The notes beneath the pieces are model-generated. The model was not told the DNA's origin, did no database searches, and saw nothing but the letters and a program-made list of their open reading frames with translations. Made by a program: the position numbers and the translations under genes. A DNA stretch of 64,000 nt, taken from the NCBI GenBank assembly GCA_000092065.1, contig CP000591.1. One strand, given 5' to 3'. This DNA is from Ostreococcus lucimarinus (taxonomy: Eukaryota). Positions 9,568 through 18,481 of the stretch are shown in pieces; the first letter of the stretch is position 1, and every line of letters starts with the position of its first letter.

Positions 9568-11421
9568 TTACGAGTCTTGCTTCTTAAGAAGCGGGAACGC
9601 GATGACGTCGCGAATCGACGGCGAATTCGTGAGAAGCATGACGAGACGATCGACGCCGAGACCCATACCCGCGGTCGGGGGCATGCCGTACTCGAGCGCG
9701 GCGACGAAATCTTCATCCATTTCGACGTCGTACGCCTCGTCTTCGAGCGCTTTGAGTTCGTCTTTACCACTCGCCGCCGCCGCTTCGCGCTGCGCCGCGC
9801 TCGTTTTCGCGTGCGTCACCATCTGCGCCTCGAGGCGTTTACGTTGATCGATGGGATCGGTCAACTCGCTGAACGAGTTCGCGAGCTCGCGACCGACGAC
9901 GAAGAGCTCGAACCGTTCGGTGACTCCCGGTTTACTACGGTGCGGTTTCGCGAGAGGAGAAATCTCGAGCGGGTGGTCGAGAACGAACGTGGGCTGAATC
10001 AAATCGCTTTCGCACGCGGCTTCAAACATTTCGTTCAGCACGTGACCGACGCTCGCCGCCAACTTGACACCTTTGATGCCTTCCCCAGCTTTCTTAGAGT
10101 GCGCCTTGAGCGCGGGAATTGCCGCTGCCTTGGCTCCTTCCAAGTCATCCCCGAACGCCATGACGTCTACGCCCGTGGCTTCCTTGACTAGATCGTTCAT
10201 CGGCGCCCGGCGCCACGGGCGTTGGCTCAAATCAATCGTCACGTCGCCGTAAGGAATCGTCAGCGTCCCGCACGCCTTCATCGCGCATCGACAAATCATC
10301 TCTTCCGTGAGCTCCAACATGTCCGTGACGTCGGCGTACGCCTGATACACTTCTATGGACGTAAACTCCGGGTTGTGTCGCGTGCTCAAGCCTTCGTTGC
10401 GAAACACGCGTCCGAGCTCGTACACGCGTTCGAAACCGCCGACGACGAGTCGCTTGAGATGCAACTCGGTGGCGATACGAAGCGTGAGCTGCATGCCGAG
10501 CGCGTTGTGGAAGGTGTTGAAGGGCTTCGCGTCCGCGCCGCCCGCTTGCGTGTGCAGCACGGGCGTCTCCATCTCCAAAAACCCGTCGTCGTCGAGCATT
10601 CGACGAATGGTGGAGATGATGTTCGAGCGCGCCTTGAACGTGTTTCGCACCTCGGGCGACACGATCAAGTCCACGTATCGCTGCCGGTATCGCTTCTCCA
10701 CGTCCTGCAATCCGTGCCACTTATCCGGCAACGGCAGCAGCGCCTTTGTCAACATTTGCACCTTGGCCGGCACGATGGACAGCTCCCCCTTATCGCTCCT
10801 TTTCACGCTCCCGTGCACGCCGATGATGTCCCCGACGTCCACGAGTTCCGTGATCATCTCAAACGCCCCCGGGCTCGTCTCATCCAACCGTTTCTTATCG
10901 CAAAACAACTGCACGCTTCCCCGTTCGTCCACCAGCGACAAAAACGCCAACTTCCCGAACGACCGCTTCGCCATCACCCTTCCGCACACCGCCTCGCTCG
11001 AGCCCTCGATCTCGACCCCGTTCTCCAATCCTTCGTGTTCCCTCTGCAGCGCATCGCAATATTTCGTGCGATCGAACCGGTAATCGAATCCCCGCTGTCC
11101 GAGCGCGCCGAGCGCGTCCAGCTTTTGCGCGCGCAGCGCCTTGACCTCCTCGGGCGAGCTCGTCACCCCGCTCGCGTCTCGTCCGCCGCCCTCGCCGCGC
11201 TTTCGATTCCCCGCGCCGCCGTCGCGCTTTTTATTCGTTCCCGCGTCGCTCGCGCGCGCGCGCGTCCTCGTCGTCGCGCCTCGTCGTCGCGTCGTCGCCG
11301 CCGTCGCCGTCGCGCGCGCGCTCTCGCGCTCGCTCGCGCGCGTCGACGCCCGCGGGCGCGCCGCGAGCGACGCGCGCGGCGTCGAGACCGTCCTTCGCGC
11401 GAACGCGCGCGCGAGCAGCAT
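9568..11421 (-). CDS. Lysyl-tRNA synthetase, class II, with an N-terminal organellar presequence
   Basis: Class II LysRS core: [21 protein letters not shown] (motif 1), [32 protein letters not shown] (motif 2), [14 protein letters not shown] (motif 3) and an OB-fold anticodon domain ([17 protein letters not shown]). ATG verified at 11421. The R/A/T-rich first 60 aa look like a transit peptide. Confidence 0.9.
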   Translation of the reverse strand: MLLARAFARRTVSTPRASLAARPRASTRASERESARATATAATTRRRGATTRTRARASDAGTNKKRDGGAGNRKRGEGGGRDASGVTSSPEEVKALRAQKLDALGALGQRGFDYRFDRTKYCDALQREHEGLENGVEIEGSSEAVCGRVMAKRSFGKLAFLSLVDERGSVQLFCDKKRLDETSPGAFEMITELVDVGDIIGVHGSVKRSDKGELSIVPAKVQMLTKALLPLPDKWHGLQDVEKRYRQRYVDLIVSPEVRNTFKARSNIISTIRRMLDDDGFLEMETPVLHTQAGGADAKPFNTFHNALGMQLTLRIATELHLKRLVVGGFERVYELGRVFRNEGLSTRHNPEFTSIEVYQAYADVTDMLELTEEMICRCAMKACGTLTIPYGDVTIDLSQRPWRRAPMNDLVKEATGVDVMAFGDDLEGAKAAAIPALKAHSKKAGEGIKGVKLAASVGHVLNEMFEAACESDLIQPTFVLDHPLEISPLAKPHRSKPGVTERFELFVVGRELANSFSELTDPIDQRKRLEAQMVTHAKTSAAQREAAAASGKDELKALEDEAYDVEMDEDFVAALEYGMPPTAGMGLGVDRLVMLLTNSPSIRDVIAFPLLKKQDS

Positions 11422-11551
11422 GCTCCGCGTCGCGCTCTGCGCGCGGCGCCGCGACGGATTCGCGCGCGCTCGACTCGAGGTTTTCGGTGCGACGAATCGT
11501 CACACCGCGACGCGCGCGCGTCGCGAAAGCGCGCGCGAATCCGTCGAAACG

Positions 11552-12199
11552 ATGGCGCTCGTCACGCTGTCGGTGTACGACATCAAGCACGCGGAGAACG
11601 CGCGGATATCGAGCGCGGTGACGTCGCTGAACACGCTGACGAGAAACGCGCTCAACGTCGGTGGCATCTTCCACGGCGGCGTCGAGGTGTTCGGCGACGA
11701 GTGGAGCTTTGGGTACTGCCCGGAGGGCTCGGGCGTGTATCGATGCAACCCGCGGATGAATCCGATGTACGAATACCGCGAGTCGGTGCCGCTGGGGGTG
11801 ACGTCGCTGTCGCCGGCGCGCGCGAGCGCGGCGGTGGCGGCGCTGCGCGCGCAATGGCGAGGGAGCGATTACGAGGTGCTGGAGAGGAATTGTAATCACT
11901 TTTGTGAGGCGCTGTGCGAGGCGCTCGGGTGCGAGGGACCGCCGGAGTGGCTGAACGCGTTCGCGAATAACGCGAACAAGGCGCGAGGGGCGTACCAGAG
12001 CGCGGTGAGCGGGGTGGAGAGCGCGTACGAGAGCGCGGTGAGCGGCGTCGCGGGCGCGTGGGCGTGGCTCGCGAGCGGCGGGGGGACGTCGGCGTCGAGT
12101 TACGCGAGCGCGTTGGAGAGCGAGGGCGAGCGCGAGGGCGGCGTGGTGGACGGGCCGCGCGCGGACGACGACGACGCGCGGCGCGGCGCGCGAGAGTAG
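11552..12199 (+). CDS. PPPDE/DeSI-family (deSUMOylating isopeptidase-like) cysteine peptidase
   Basis: VYDIKH...GIFHGGVEVFGDEWSFGY...GSGVY.C.P...YRESVPLG...NCNHFCEALCEAL matches the PPPDE His/Cys dyad context (H...NCNHF). ATG at 11552. Upstream ORF residues overlap LysRS antisense and are rejected. Confidence 0.75.
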   Translation: MALVTLSVYDIKHAENARISSAVTSLNTLTRNALNVGGIFHGGVEVFGDEWSFGYCPEGSGVYRCNPRMNPMYEYRESVPLGVTSLSPARASAAVAALRAQWRGSDYEVLERNCNHFCEALCEALGCEGPPEWLNAFANNANKARGAYQSAVSGVESAYESAVSGVAGAWAWLASGGGTSASSYASALESEGEREGGVVDGPRADDDDARRGARE

Positions 12200-12378
12200 C
12201 GCGTCGCGGTCGTCGTCGATGCGTTCGAGCGCGTTCGAGCGCGACGCGGATGAAACATCGCGGTGGATGTATTTCTTGGTCGTCTCTTTCGCTCGCGCGT
12301 CGTCGGCAGTAGTCAGGGTTGAAGCGCTGTTATAGATAGATTTGGTAGTTCGGCGTCCCGCACAACGCGCCTCGCGTC

Positions 12379-13476
12379 ATGCTTTCGCGCGGTCTCGTCT
12401 CGACGTCTCGAGCGTCTGTCGCCCGCGCGCGCGCGCCTGCGAGACAACAGCGCGCGACGACGTCGCGCCGCGCGTCGATCGTCCGTCGAACCGCCGCGCG
12501 CGCGACGAACGACGACGATAAAGCGTCGTCTTCTCAAGATGTCCCGGACGACGAACCGACGCCCGCGGTCGGCGACACGGACGTCAACAGCGCGCTAGGC
12601 GACGTCATCAGCTCGCCGTTGTTTTACGTCACGTTCGGCGTCGCCGGCGGCGTCGGACTGGTGCGCGCGCTCGGGGAGAACGCGAGCTTTCTGCTGAGCG
12701 CGGCGCCGGTGGTCTTGCTCACGGTGATTTCGAAGACGTCGTTCGGCGAGTCGCTGATGAAGAATATCGACGACCAACGACCGGCGTTGGTGGCGGAGAA
12801 GGCGCGAAGGGAAAACGAACGCGCGCGAGCGCGGGAGAGAAGTTCGCTGTACGGCGCGCGGCGAGTGAAATTTTTGGGAGACGCGGAGTACGAGTATCCG
12901 GCGCACTTGGACGGCTCGCTGTGCGGCGACGCGGGATTCGATCCGCTCGGGCTCGGGAAAGATGATTTGCCGCGCATGCGCGAATTAGAACTCTTGCACG
13001 CGCGTTGGGCGATGTTGGGAATCGTTGGTGTGGCGGTGCCAGAGCTTTTAGAGCGCTACGGCGTGGCAGATTTGGGCGAGCCGGTGTGGTGGAAAGTCGG
13101 CGCGGCGAAGATGAATAGCGACGTCTCGCTCGATTACTTTGGCTTGCAAGGTTTTCATATCGCCGGCGGATCGGGGATAGCCATCATCGCGGCGTGCCAG
13201 GTTGTGTTGATGGGCGGTCCAGAGTACGCGCGGTACGTCGGGATCGACTCGCTCGAGCCGGTGGGCGTTTACCTCCCGGGCGACAAAGATTATCCTGGCG
13301 GCGCGCCGTTTGATCCGTTCAAGATTTCCGACGACGCCGACGAGTTCGAAAAACAAAAGGTCATGGAGATTAAGCACGGACGCTTAGCCATGATCGCCAT
13401 GCTCGGAGTCGCCGCGCAAGCATTCGTCACGCGCGCGGGGCCGATCGAAAACTTAGCGAGTGTGTTTAGCGGTTGA
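12379..13476 (+). CDS. Light-harvesting complex (chlorophyll a/b-binding, LHC superfamily) protein with an unusually long N-terminal extension
   Basis: The LHC helix-1 and helix-3 signatures are clear: GFDPLGLGKDD...ELLHARWAMLGIVG and PGGAPFDPF...EIKHGRLAMIAMLGVAAQAFVT. ATG verified at 12379. About 170 aa precede the LHC core, including a hydrophobic segment (LFYVTFGVAGGVGLV...APVVLLTVI). Confidence 0.8.
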   Translation: MLSRGLVSTSRASVARARAPARQQRATTSRRASIVRRTAARATNDDDKASSSQDVPDDEPTPAVGDTDVNSALGDVISSPLFYVTFGVAGGVGLVRALGENASFLLSAAPVVLLTVISKTSFGESLMKNIDDQRPALVAEKARRENERARARERSSLYGARRVKFLGDAEYEYPAHLDGSLCGDAGFDPLGLGKDDLPRMRELELLHARWAMLGIVGVAVPELLERYGVADLGEPVWWKVGAAKMNSDVSLDYFGLQGFHIAGGSGIAIIAACQVVLMGGPEYARYVGIDSLEPVGVYLPGDKDYPGGAPFDPFKISDDADEFEKQKVMEIKHGRLAMIAMLGVAAQAFVTRAGPIENLASVFSG

Positions 13477-13517
13477 AAATTGATTCTTGATTAAAAAGAC
13501 GAGAACGCGCGTTTCGG

Positions 13518-15146
13518 TTACACGCTCTCGACACCGAACGGCTCGTTCGCATCCGGTGCGGGGGGCTCATCGAACGCCGGCACCTCGGGCATCGCTTCGG
13601 GCGCCGGTATTTCTTCATCGGGCTCGTCCGCCTTGACTTTGACGTCCTCGTAACCCAAGTCAATCTTGCTGAACATGCCTCCGAAAATCTTCGCGTCCTT
13701 CTTCGCCTGATGCGCCTCGAGCGCTTTCAAGCGCGTCAACATTCGCGTGGCCTCGGCGTGCGATTCATCTGCTTCCAATATTTTCTTCAACGAACGACGT
13801 GATTCGTCGTACTCTTGTAACTCCATCGCCGCTTGCGCGAAGCGATAGAGCGCTTTTTCGTTCGACCCTTCAATCGCGAGCGCCTTTTCGCTTGACTTGC
13901 GAGCGCTCATCCACGACTTGGTTTTGATGGCCACCGCCGCGGAGTTCAAATTCAAGCTGAGCTTGAGCTTCTTGCTCGCTTGCTTCTCCTCATCAGAGAA
14001 CGACTCGTCCATTTCGACGAACTTCAACGCCGCGTCGTACTTCTTCGTAGCGCGCGCAAACTTACCACCCTTGTACGCGTCGTTCCCGCTCGTCTTGTAT
14101 TTTTCCGCCGCCTCAATCTTTTCCGCGTTGTTCATCGACCATTGCTCCTTGGCGCGCTCGAGTTTGGTCATTTTGACCGTGTACTCGGTCCCATCCGCCA
14201 GCTTCACCAGCGCCTTTTCGTTCAGCTTCATCATCGCGATCGCGCTCTCGAGCTCATCCGGGACGTGCTCGTCGCCGACGACGATTTCGTGCGCCGGCTT
14301 GGTCTCCGTCGTCGCGCCGCCGACGCGCTTTTCGTACTCAATCTCGCACTTCGCCCCATCGTTCGGCGTCTCGTACCCTTCACCTTCCTCCAAAATCTTT
14401 TTCGTCGCCCCCTCGACGCCGTTCACGGCGACCACCGCGTGAATCGCGTCGAGCATCAACTCCACCACCGCGCCGTCCTTCGCCGTCGTCAACCCCTCGG
14501 CGTACGCTTCGCTCAGCGTCACCCGCGCCGTCTCCCCCCGCTTCATCTTCAGCAGCGCCGCGCGCACGCCCTCGCACGGCGCGTCTCCATTCGCCGCCAA
14601 CGAAAACGTCCGCGTCGTCTTCGCCACGAGCGTCTCGTCTCCCGTCCTCGTCTTCGCCTCCATCGTCGCCGTCGCCTCGTCCTCCGCGCTCGGGCTCGCG
14701 TATCCCTCGCCCTCTCTCACCGTCTCCTTCATCACCCCCCCATCGCCGCACAGATCCCTGTGCGACTTGAACGACAGCAATTCCACGTCAAATATCAGCG
14801 TCGCGCCGCCGGGAATCTTCGGCGGCGCCCCTCGATCGCCGTACGCGTACTCCGGCGCGCACGTCAGCGTCGCCCGTTCGCCGACGCGCATCGTCGCCAC
14901 GCCGACGTCCCACGCGTCGATCACCTCGTGTTTTCCCAGCGTGAACGTGAACGCCTCGTCGCGCTCGCGCGAGGAATCGAACGTCTCGCCCGTCGCGAGC
15001 GAGCCGACGTAGTGCACGGTGACGGCGTCGCCCTTTTCGGGCGCGCGCGCGTCGGGCGGCGCGGGCGTCGCGATGCGTTTCGTGACGCCGCCGTCGCCGA
15101 CGGGCGAGACGTCGACGGCGTCGACGGCGTCGTCGGCGGTCGTCAT
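13518..15146 (-). CDS. FKBP-type peptidyl-prolyl isomerase with tandem FKBP domains and a C-terminal TPR domain (FKBP62/FKBP52-like)
   Basis: FKBP motifs (GDAVTVHYVGSLATGETFDSS...GKHEVIDAWDVGVATMRVGERATL...PPKIPGGATLIFDVELLSF) are repeated. The TPR/calmodulin-binding tail reads KYKTSGNDAYKGGKFARATKKYDAALKF...ALYRFAQAAMEL. ATG verified at 15146. Confidence 0.85.
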   Translation of the reverse strand: MTTADDAVDAVDVSPVGDGGVTKRIATPAPPDARAPEKGDAVTVHYVGSLATGETFDSSRERDEAFTFTLGKHEVIDAWDVGVATMRVGERATLTCAPEYAYGDRGAPPKIPGGATLIFDVELLSFKSHRDLCGDGGVMKETVREGEGYASPSAEDEATATMEAKTRTGDETLVAKTTRTFSLAANGDAPCEGVRAALLKMKRGETARVTLSEAYAEGLTTAKDGAVVELMLDAIHAVVAVNGVEGATKKILEEGEGYETPNDGAKCEIEYEKRVGGATTETKPAHEIVVGDEHVPDELESAIAMMKLNEKALVKLADGTEYTVKMTKLERAKEQWSMNNAEKIEAAEKYKTSGNDAYKGGKFARATKKYDAALKFVEMDESFSDEEKQASKKLKLSLNLNSAAVAIKTKSWMSARKSSEKALAIEGSNEKALYRFAQAAMELQEYDESRRSLKKILEADESHAEATRMLTRLKALEAHQAKKDAKIFGGMFSKIDLGYEDVKVKADEPDEEIPAPEAMPEVPAFDEPPAPDANEPFGVESV

Positions 15147-15277
15147 GTCGCGCGGCGTCGCGCGTTCGATCGAGTCGCGGGCGCGGGCGGGCGCGATCGC
15201 GCGTCGCGGTGTGCGGGGACGCGCGTCGGTCGATGTGATTAATCTTCTAGAAACATCCGCCGCGTCGGCGCGGCGGA

Positions 15278-17095
15278 TTAATTCGGGTCGTCGTCGTCGG
15301 CGGAGGGCGGTGATTCGGCGCGCGCGAGCTCGATGGCGTCCATGTCTTCGCTGACTCGGCGCAGGGCGGCGCGCATGCGCTCGGCGTAGGAGACGCCGGA
15401 ATCGTCGTCGGCGGCGTCGTCGTCGGCGGCGTCGTCGGCGGCGAAATCGTTCACGGCGAGCAAGACCTCGTCCACGGCGGTGGATTCGTCGATGTCTTTC
15501 ACGCGCTTGACCTTTCGAACGACGTCTTGGAATAAGACGTTGACGTCGCGCGATATCGATGGGTCGCGCCGCATGGCGTCGACGACGTCGCGACCCATGC
15601 GTCGCTTTTTCCTCGCCAACATGTTTTTAAACGCGGCGGCTTGCGCCCTGCGAACGGTGTCCGGATCGGGCGGGCCGGCGCCGCGCGCGGGCGCGGCGTC
15701 GCCGAGCGCGCGCTCGATGAAACGCGTCATCGTGTTCCGTTGATGGATGATGTACATGGCGTCCGCGACGTAGCCGCCGACGATCGGGGCGAACACGCCT
15801 CCGGTGACGACGAAGGCGAGCGATTGCGAGACGAAGAGCAATCGACTGCGGCTGCCGTCCAAAAAATCTTTCACGCTCTTTCCGCGCAGGATGTTTTCGA
15901 ACGCGCGCGTCTCCGCGACGTTCGGCGCTTCGTTTGCGGACAGCGGCGACGACGACTCGTCGTCCGCGGCGGCGTCGGGCTTCTTCTCCCAAAACTTGAG
16001 CGACGGTTTCTTCGTCTTTTCGGCGCTCGCCTTGATGTCGTCCTCGCTCACCGGCACCAACTTTTGTTTGCCCGTCACCTTGTTCCGCTCCACTCTGAAC
16101 GCCTGCACGCGCGTTTGTCTCTGCACGCGTCGCAAACGCGCCTCGAGGACGAGGTACACGCCGAACGCCGCCGCCGCCTTGGCCGGGGCGTCGACTTCGT
16201 ACGGCTCGAACCCCGCCTCGACGGCGCGGTCGGCGAGCCACTTGGCGAGCAAACCCAAAACCACTCCGCGCTCGAGCATCTCGTCCGCGACTCGCGCGGT
16301 GAGCGCGACGGACGCGTCCATCCAAAACGGCATGCTTCTGCACGGATTATTCAGCGTCTCCTCTTCCTGATACCTCGACAGCGGCTCAAAGTACCGCTCG
16401 AGCGCCGACGCCTCGCGAACCTCCCCCGACGCCTCCTCGCGCGCCTCGTTCGTCGCCTCCGCGCGCGCGGTCCAATCGACCCCCATCACCAACGCGTCGT
16501 AAATCGCCGTCGGCGCCGCGAACGCCAATCCGATCGACGCCGCGCGCGCGAAATCCATCGCCTCGCCCCCCGTCCCGGCGCCGAAATCGCCAAACGCGCT
16601 CGCGCCCGCGGCGTACGCCAAGCACACCGCCAGCGTCCCTTTCACCCCTCCCACGGCCACCAACAGCGACAGATACTCTCGCATCATCGCCTTCTCCGGC
16701 GTTTCCGACGACGACGCGTCCGCGCCGTCGGCATCCGATTCGCGCGGCGTCTCGCCGCGTCCCGACGCCGCCGTCGAATCCCCGCGCGCGCGCGTCGTCG
16801 ACCTTCGCGCCGCCGACGCCCGGTCCATCGCCTCGGTCGCGCCCGCGCTCGACGCGCGCGCGTCCTCGTCGCCCTCCGTCGCGTCGTCGTCGTCCAGCGA
16901 CTCGCCGAGGACGCTGCGCAGCGCGTCGAACGTCCCGCTCGGCGACGCCGACGCGAGCGACTCGTCCTCGTCGTCCTCGCGCGTCGCGCGCGCGCGCCGG
17001 TTCGCGACGCCGCGCGCGCGGCGCGCTCGACGCCGGCGCGCGCTCGGGCGTCGCGCGAGCGCGCGCGCGGGCGCGCGCGTCGCGCGCGGCGCCAT
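15278..17095 (-). CDS. Hypothetical polytopic membrane protein with an organellar-type presequence (weak CPBP/Abi-like motifs)
   Basis: ATG at 17095; the R-rich MAPRATRAPARALARRPSARRRR presequence is followed by hydrophobic helices. One EExxxRG-like motif (ADEMLERG) hints at the CAAX-protease/CPBP family, but motifs 2 and 3 are imperfect. The upstream part of the 18004 ORF is an artefact. Confidence 0.5.
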   Translation of the reverse strand: MAPRATRAPARALARRPSARRRRARRARGVANRRARATREDDEDESLASASPSGTFDALRSVLGESLDDDDATEGDEDARASSAGATEAMDRASAARRSTTRARGDSTAASGRGETPRESDADGADASSSETPEKAMMREYLSLLVAVGGVKGTLAVCLAYAAGASAFGDFGAGTGGEAMDFARAASIGLAFAAPTAIYDALVMGVDWTARAEATNEAREEASGEVREASALERYFEPLSRYQEEETLNNPCRSMPFWMDASVALTARVADEMLERGVVLGLLAKWLADRAVEAGFEPYEVDAPAKAAAAFGVYLVLEARLRRVQRQTRVQAFRVERNKVTGKQKLVPVSEDDIKASAEKTKKPSLKFWEKKPDAAADDESSSPLSANEAPNVAETRAFENILRGKSVKDFLDGSRSRLLFVSQSLAFVVTGGVFAPIVGGYVADAMYIIHQRNTMTRFIERALGDAAPARGAGPPDPDTVRRAQAAAFKNMLARKKRRMGRDVVDAMRRDPSISRDVNVLFQDVVRKVKRVKDIDESTAVDEVLLAVNDFAADDAADDDAADDDSGVSYAERMRAALRRVSEDMDAIELARAESPPSADDDDPN

Positions 17096-17119
17096 GATGT
17101 GACACCGCGACGCGGCAGC

Positions 17120-18328
17120 ATGGCGCCGACGCCGCGCGCGGGCGAGCGCGACGGCGCCGACGCGGCGCGCGACGACACCGCGCGCGCGCCGGCGCGCGAG
17201 AGGGAGACGGCGAAGCCGGCGCCGCGCGAGGAGGGCGCGAACGATGGCGTCGGTGCGATGCGCGAATTCAACGACGACGACGAGGACGCGACGACGACGG
17301 CGACGGCGGCGACGCGCGACGCGATCGAGCGCGAAACGACGGCGTCGACGACGCCGGTGACGCCGGAGACGCGCCTGCTGGGCGAACGCCTGGACGCGCT
17401 GGACGAAGAGGCGGAGCTGACGGTGGAGTCGTTTCTGAGGGCGAAGTTCGACGCGGCGACGACGACGACGACGGATTTCGAGAGCGCGTCCGGACGGTCG
17501 GAGAGCGATGCGGGCGGAAGAGGCGAACGCGTGGACGACGCGGAGACGCTGTACGCGCGAGATACGGATTTGGAGGAGGCGGAGGAGGTGGACCCGCGCG
17601 TGGGCGACGCGCTGGACGAGTTGAACGATTCCATGACGGAGTGCAACGGGTTGGAAAACGCGCTGCAAGAGGCGAGGAAGGCGCGCTCGAGGACGCAAAC
17701 GGTGGCGAGAAAGAGACTGGATTCGGTGGCGGCGAGGTTGTCGTCGAGCGTCATGACGGCGGTGCCTGTGTTTCACAAGCGAGCGTTGGCGCAGCTGTAT
17801 CAGGTGCGAAGCATCGAGGCGCTGCGGGCGTACGAGAGCGCGCACGACGCGCACGAACGCGCGAAGAAGCGGAACGATGAGCTCGAGCGCGAGCTCGTGG
17901 CGAGTAGCGGTAAAGTAGACATCGAGCTCATGGAGGTGTGCGCGGAGGCCATGCGCGAGGTTTCTGAGACGACGGCGGTGAAGCTCCGAGCGACCGAGGT
18001 GCACGAGCGCAACACGCGACGCGCCGTCGAGGCCACCGCCGAAGCGGCCGGTCTCGAGCGCGAGCGCACGAGCGCGGTGAAAAAGGCTCTCCCGTGGTTC
18101 AACGCTAAAGCTTTGGGCGAGGCGGAGTGCGCGCAGGCGGACGAACGCGTGAGCGAATTAAAACTCGCCGTTCGCCAAGCCAAGGCGAGATACGAAGCCG
18201 CGCTCCGCGCGTTGAACGAAATCAGCGAGGAAGTGCACGCCCGTCGCGAGGCGCGCAAGCTCGCGCGCGAGGCTTCAGCTCTAGATATCAGCGCCGTTCC
18301 CGAGATCGAACGGGAGGAAGGCGTGTAA
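17120..18328 (+). CDS. SH3BP5-like coiled-coil protein (SH3BP5 family, which includes Rab11 GEFs in animals)
   Basis: Colinear with the human SH3BP5 domain: LDELNDS.., VPVFHKRA (human KPYWEARR), ALPWFNAKA (human SKPYFELKA) and the terminal ALNEISEEVHARR (human NLEMISDEIHERR). ATG at 17120; an alternative start is at 17258 (MREFNDDDED). Confidence 0.65.
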   Translation: MAPTPRAGERDGADAARDDTARAPARERETAKPAPREEGANDGVGAMREFNDDDEDATTTATAATRDAIERETTASTTPVTPETRLLGERLDALDEEAELTVESFLRAKFDAATTTTTDFESASGRSESDAGGRGERVDDAETLYARDTDLEEAEEVDPRVGDALDELNDSMTECNGLENALQEARKARSRTQTVARKRLDSVAARLSSSVMTAVPVFHKRALAQLYQVRSIEALRAYESAHDAHERAKKRNDELERELVASSGKVDIELMEVCAEAMREVSETTAVKLRATEVHERNTRRAVEATAEAAGLERERTSAVKKALPWFNAKALGEAECAQADERVSELKLAVRQAKARYEAALRALNEISEEVHARREARKLAREASALDISAVPEIEREEGV

Positions 18329-18481
18329 ATTATTGTAGATAATCGTAGTTGCGAGTTGCGCGCCGAAAACCGTCGCGGAAAACCTGCTCGAGGTCAATGC
18401 GGCGATTTCCCGCACACGTCGTCGGCGCACGCGCGCGCGCGTCCGACACCGCTCGGACGCACGCCGGGCGTTCGAGCAAAC

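Noticed and set aside
10222-11895. 557-aa plus-strand ORF and neighbouring 10232-10720 and 10355-11083 ORFs
   Set aside because: They are antisense to, or out of frame with, the lysyl-tRNA synthetase. R/H/L-rich with no motifs.
15641-17119. Upstream 490 codons of the 895-aa plus ORF, plus 15627-16343- and 16386-17754- ORFs
   Set aside because: They overlap the 15278-17095 minus-strand gene and have R/G/D artefact composition. Only the segment from ATG 17120 onward shows the SH3BP5-like homology.
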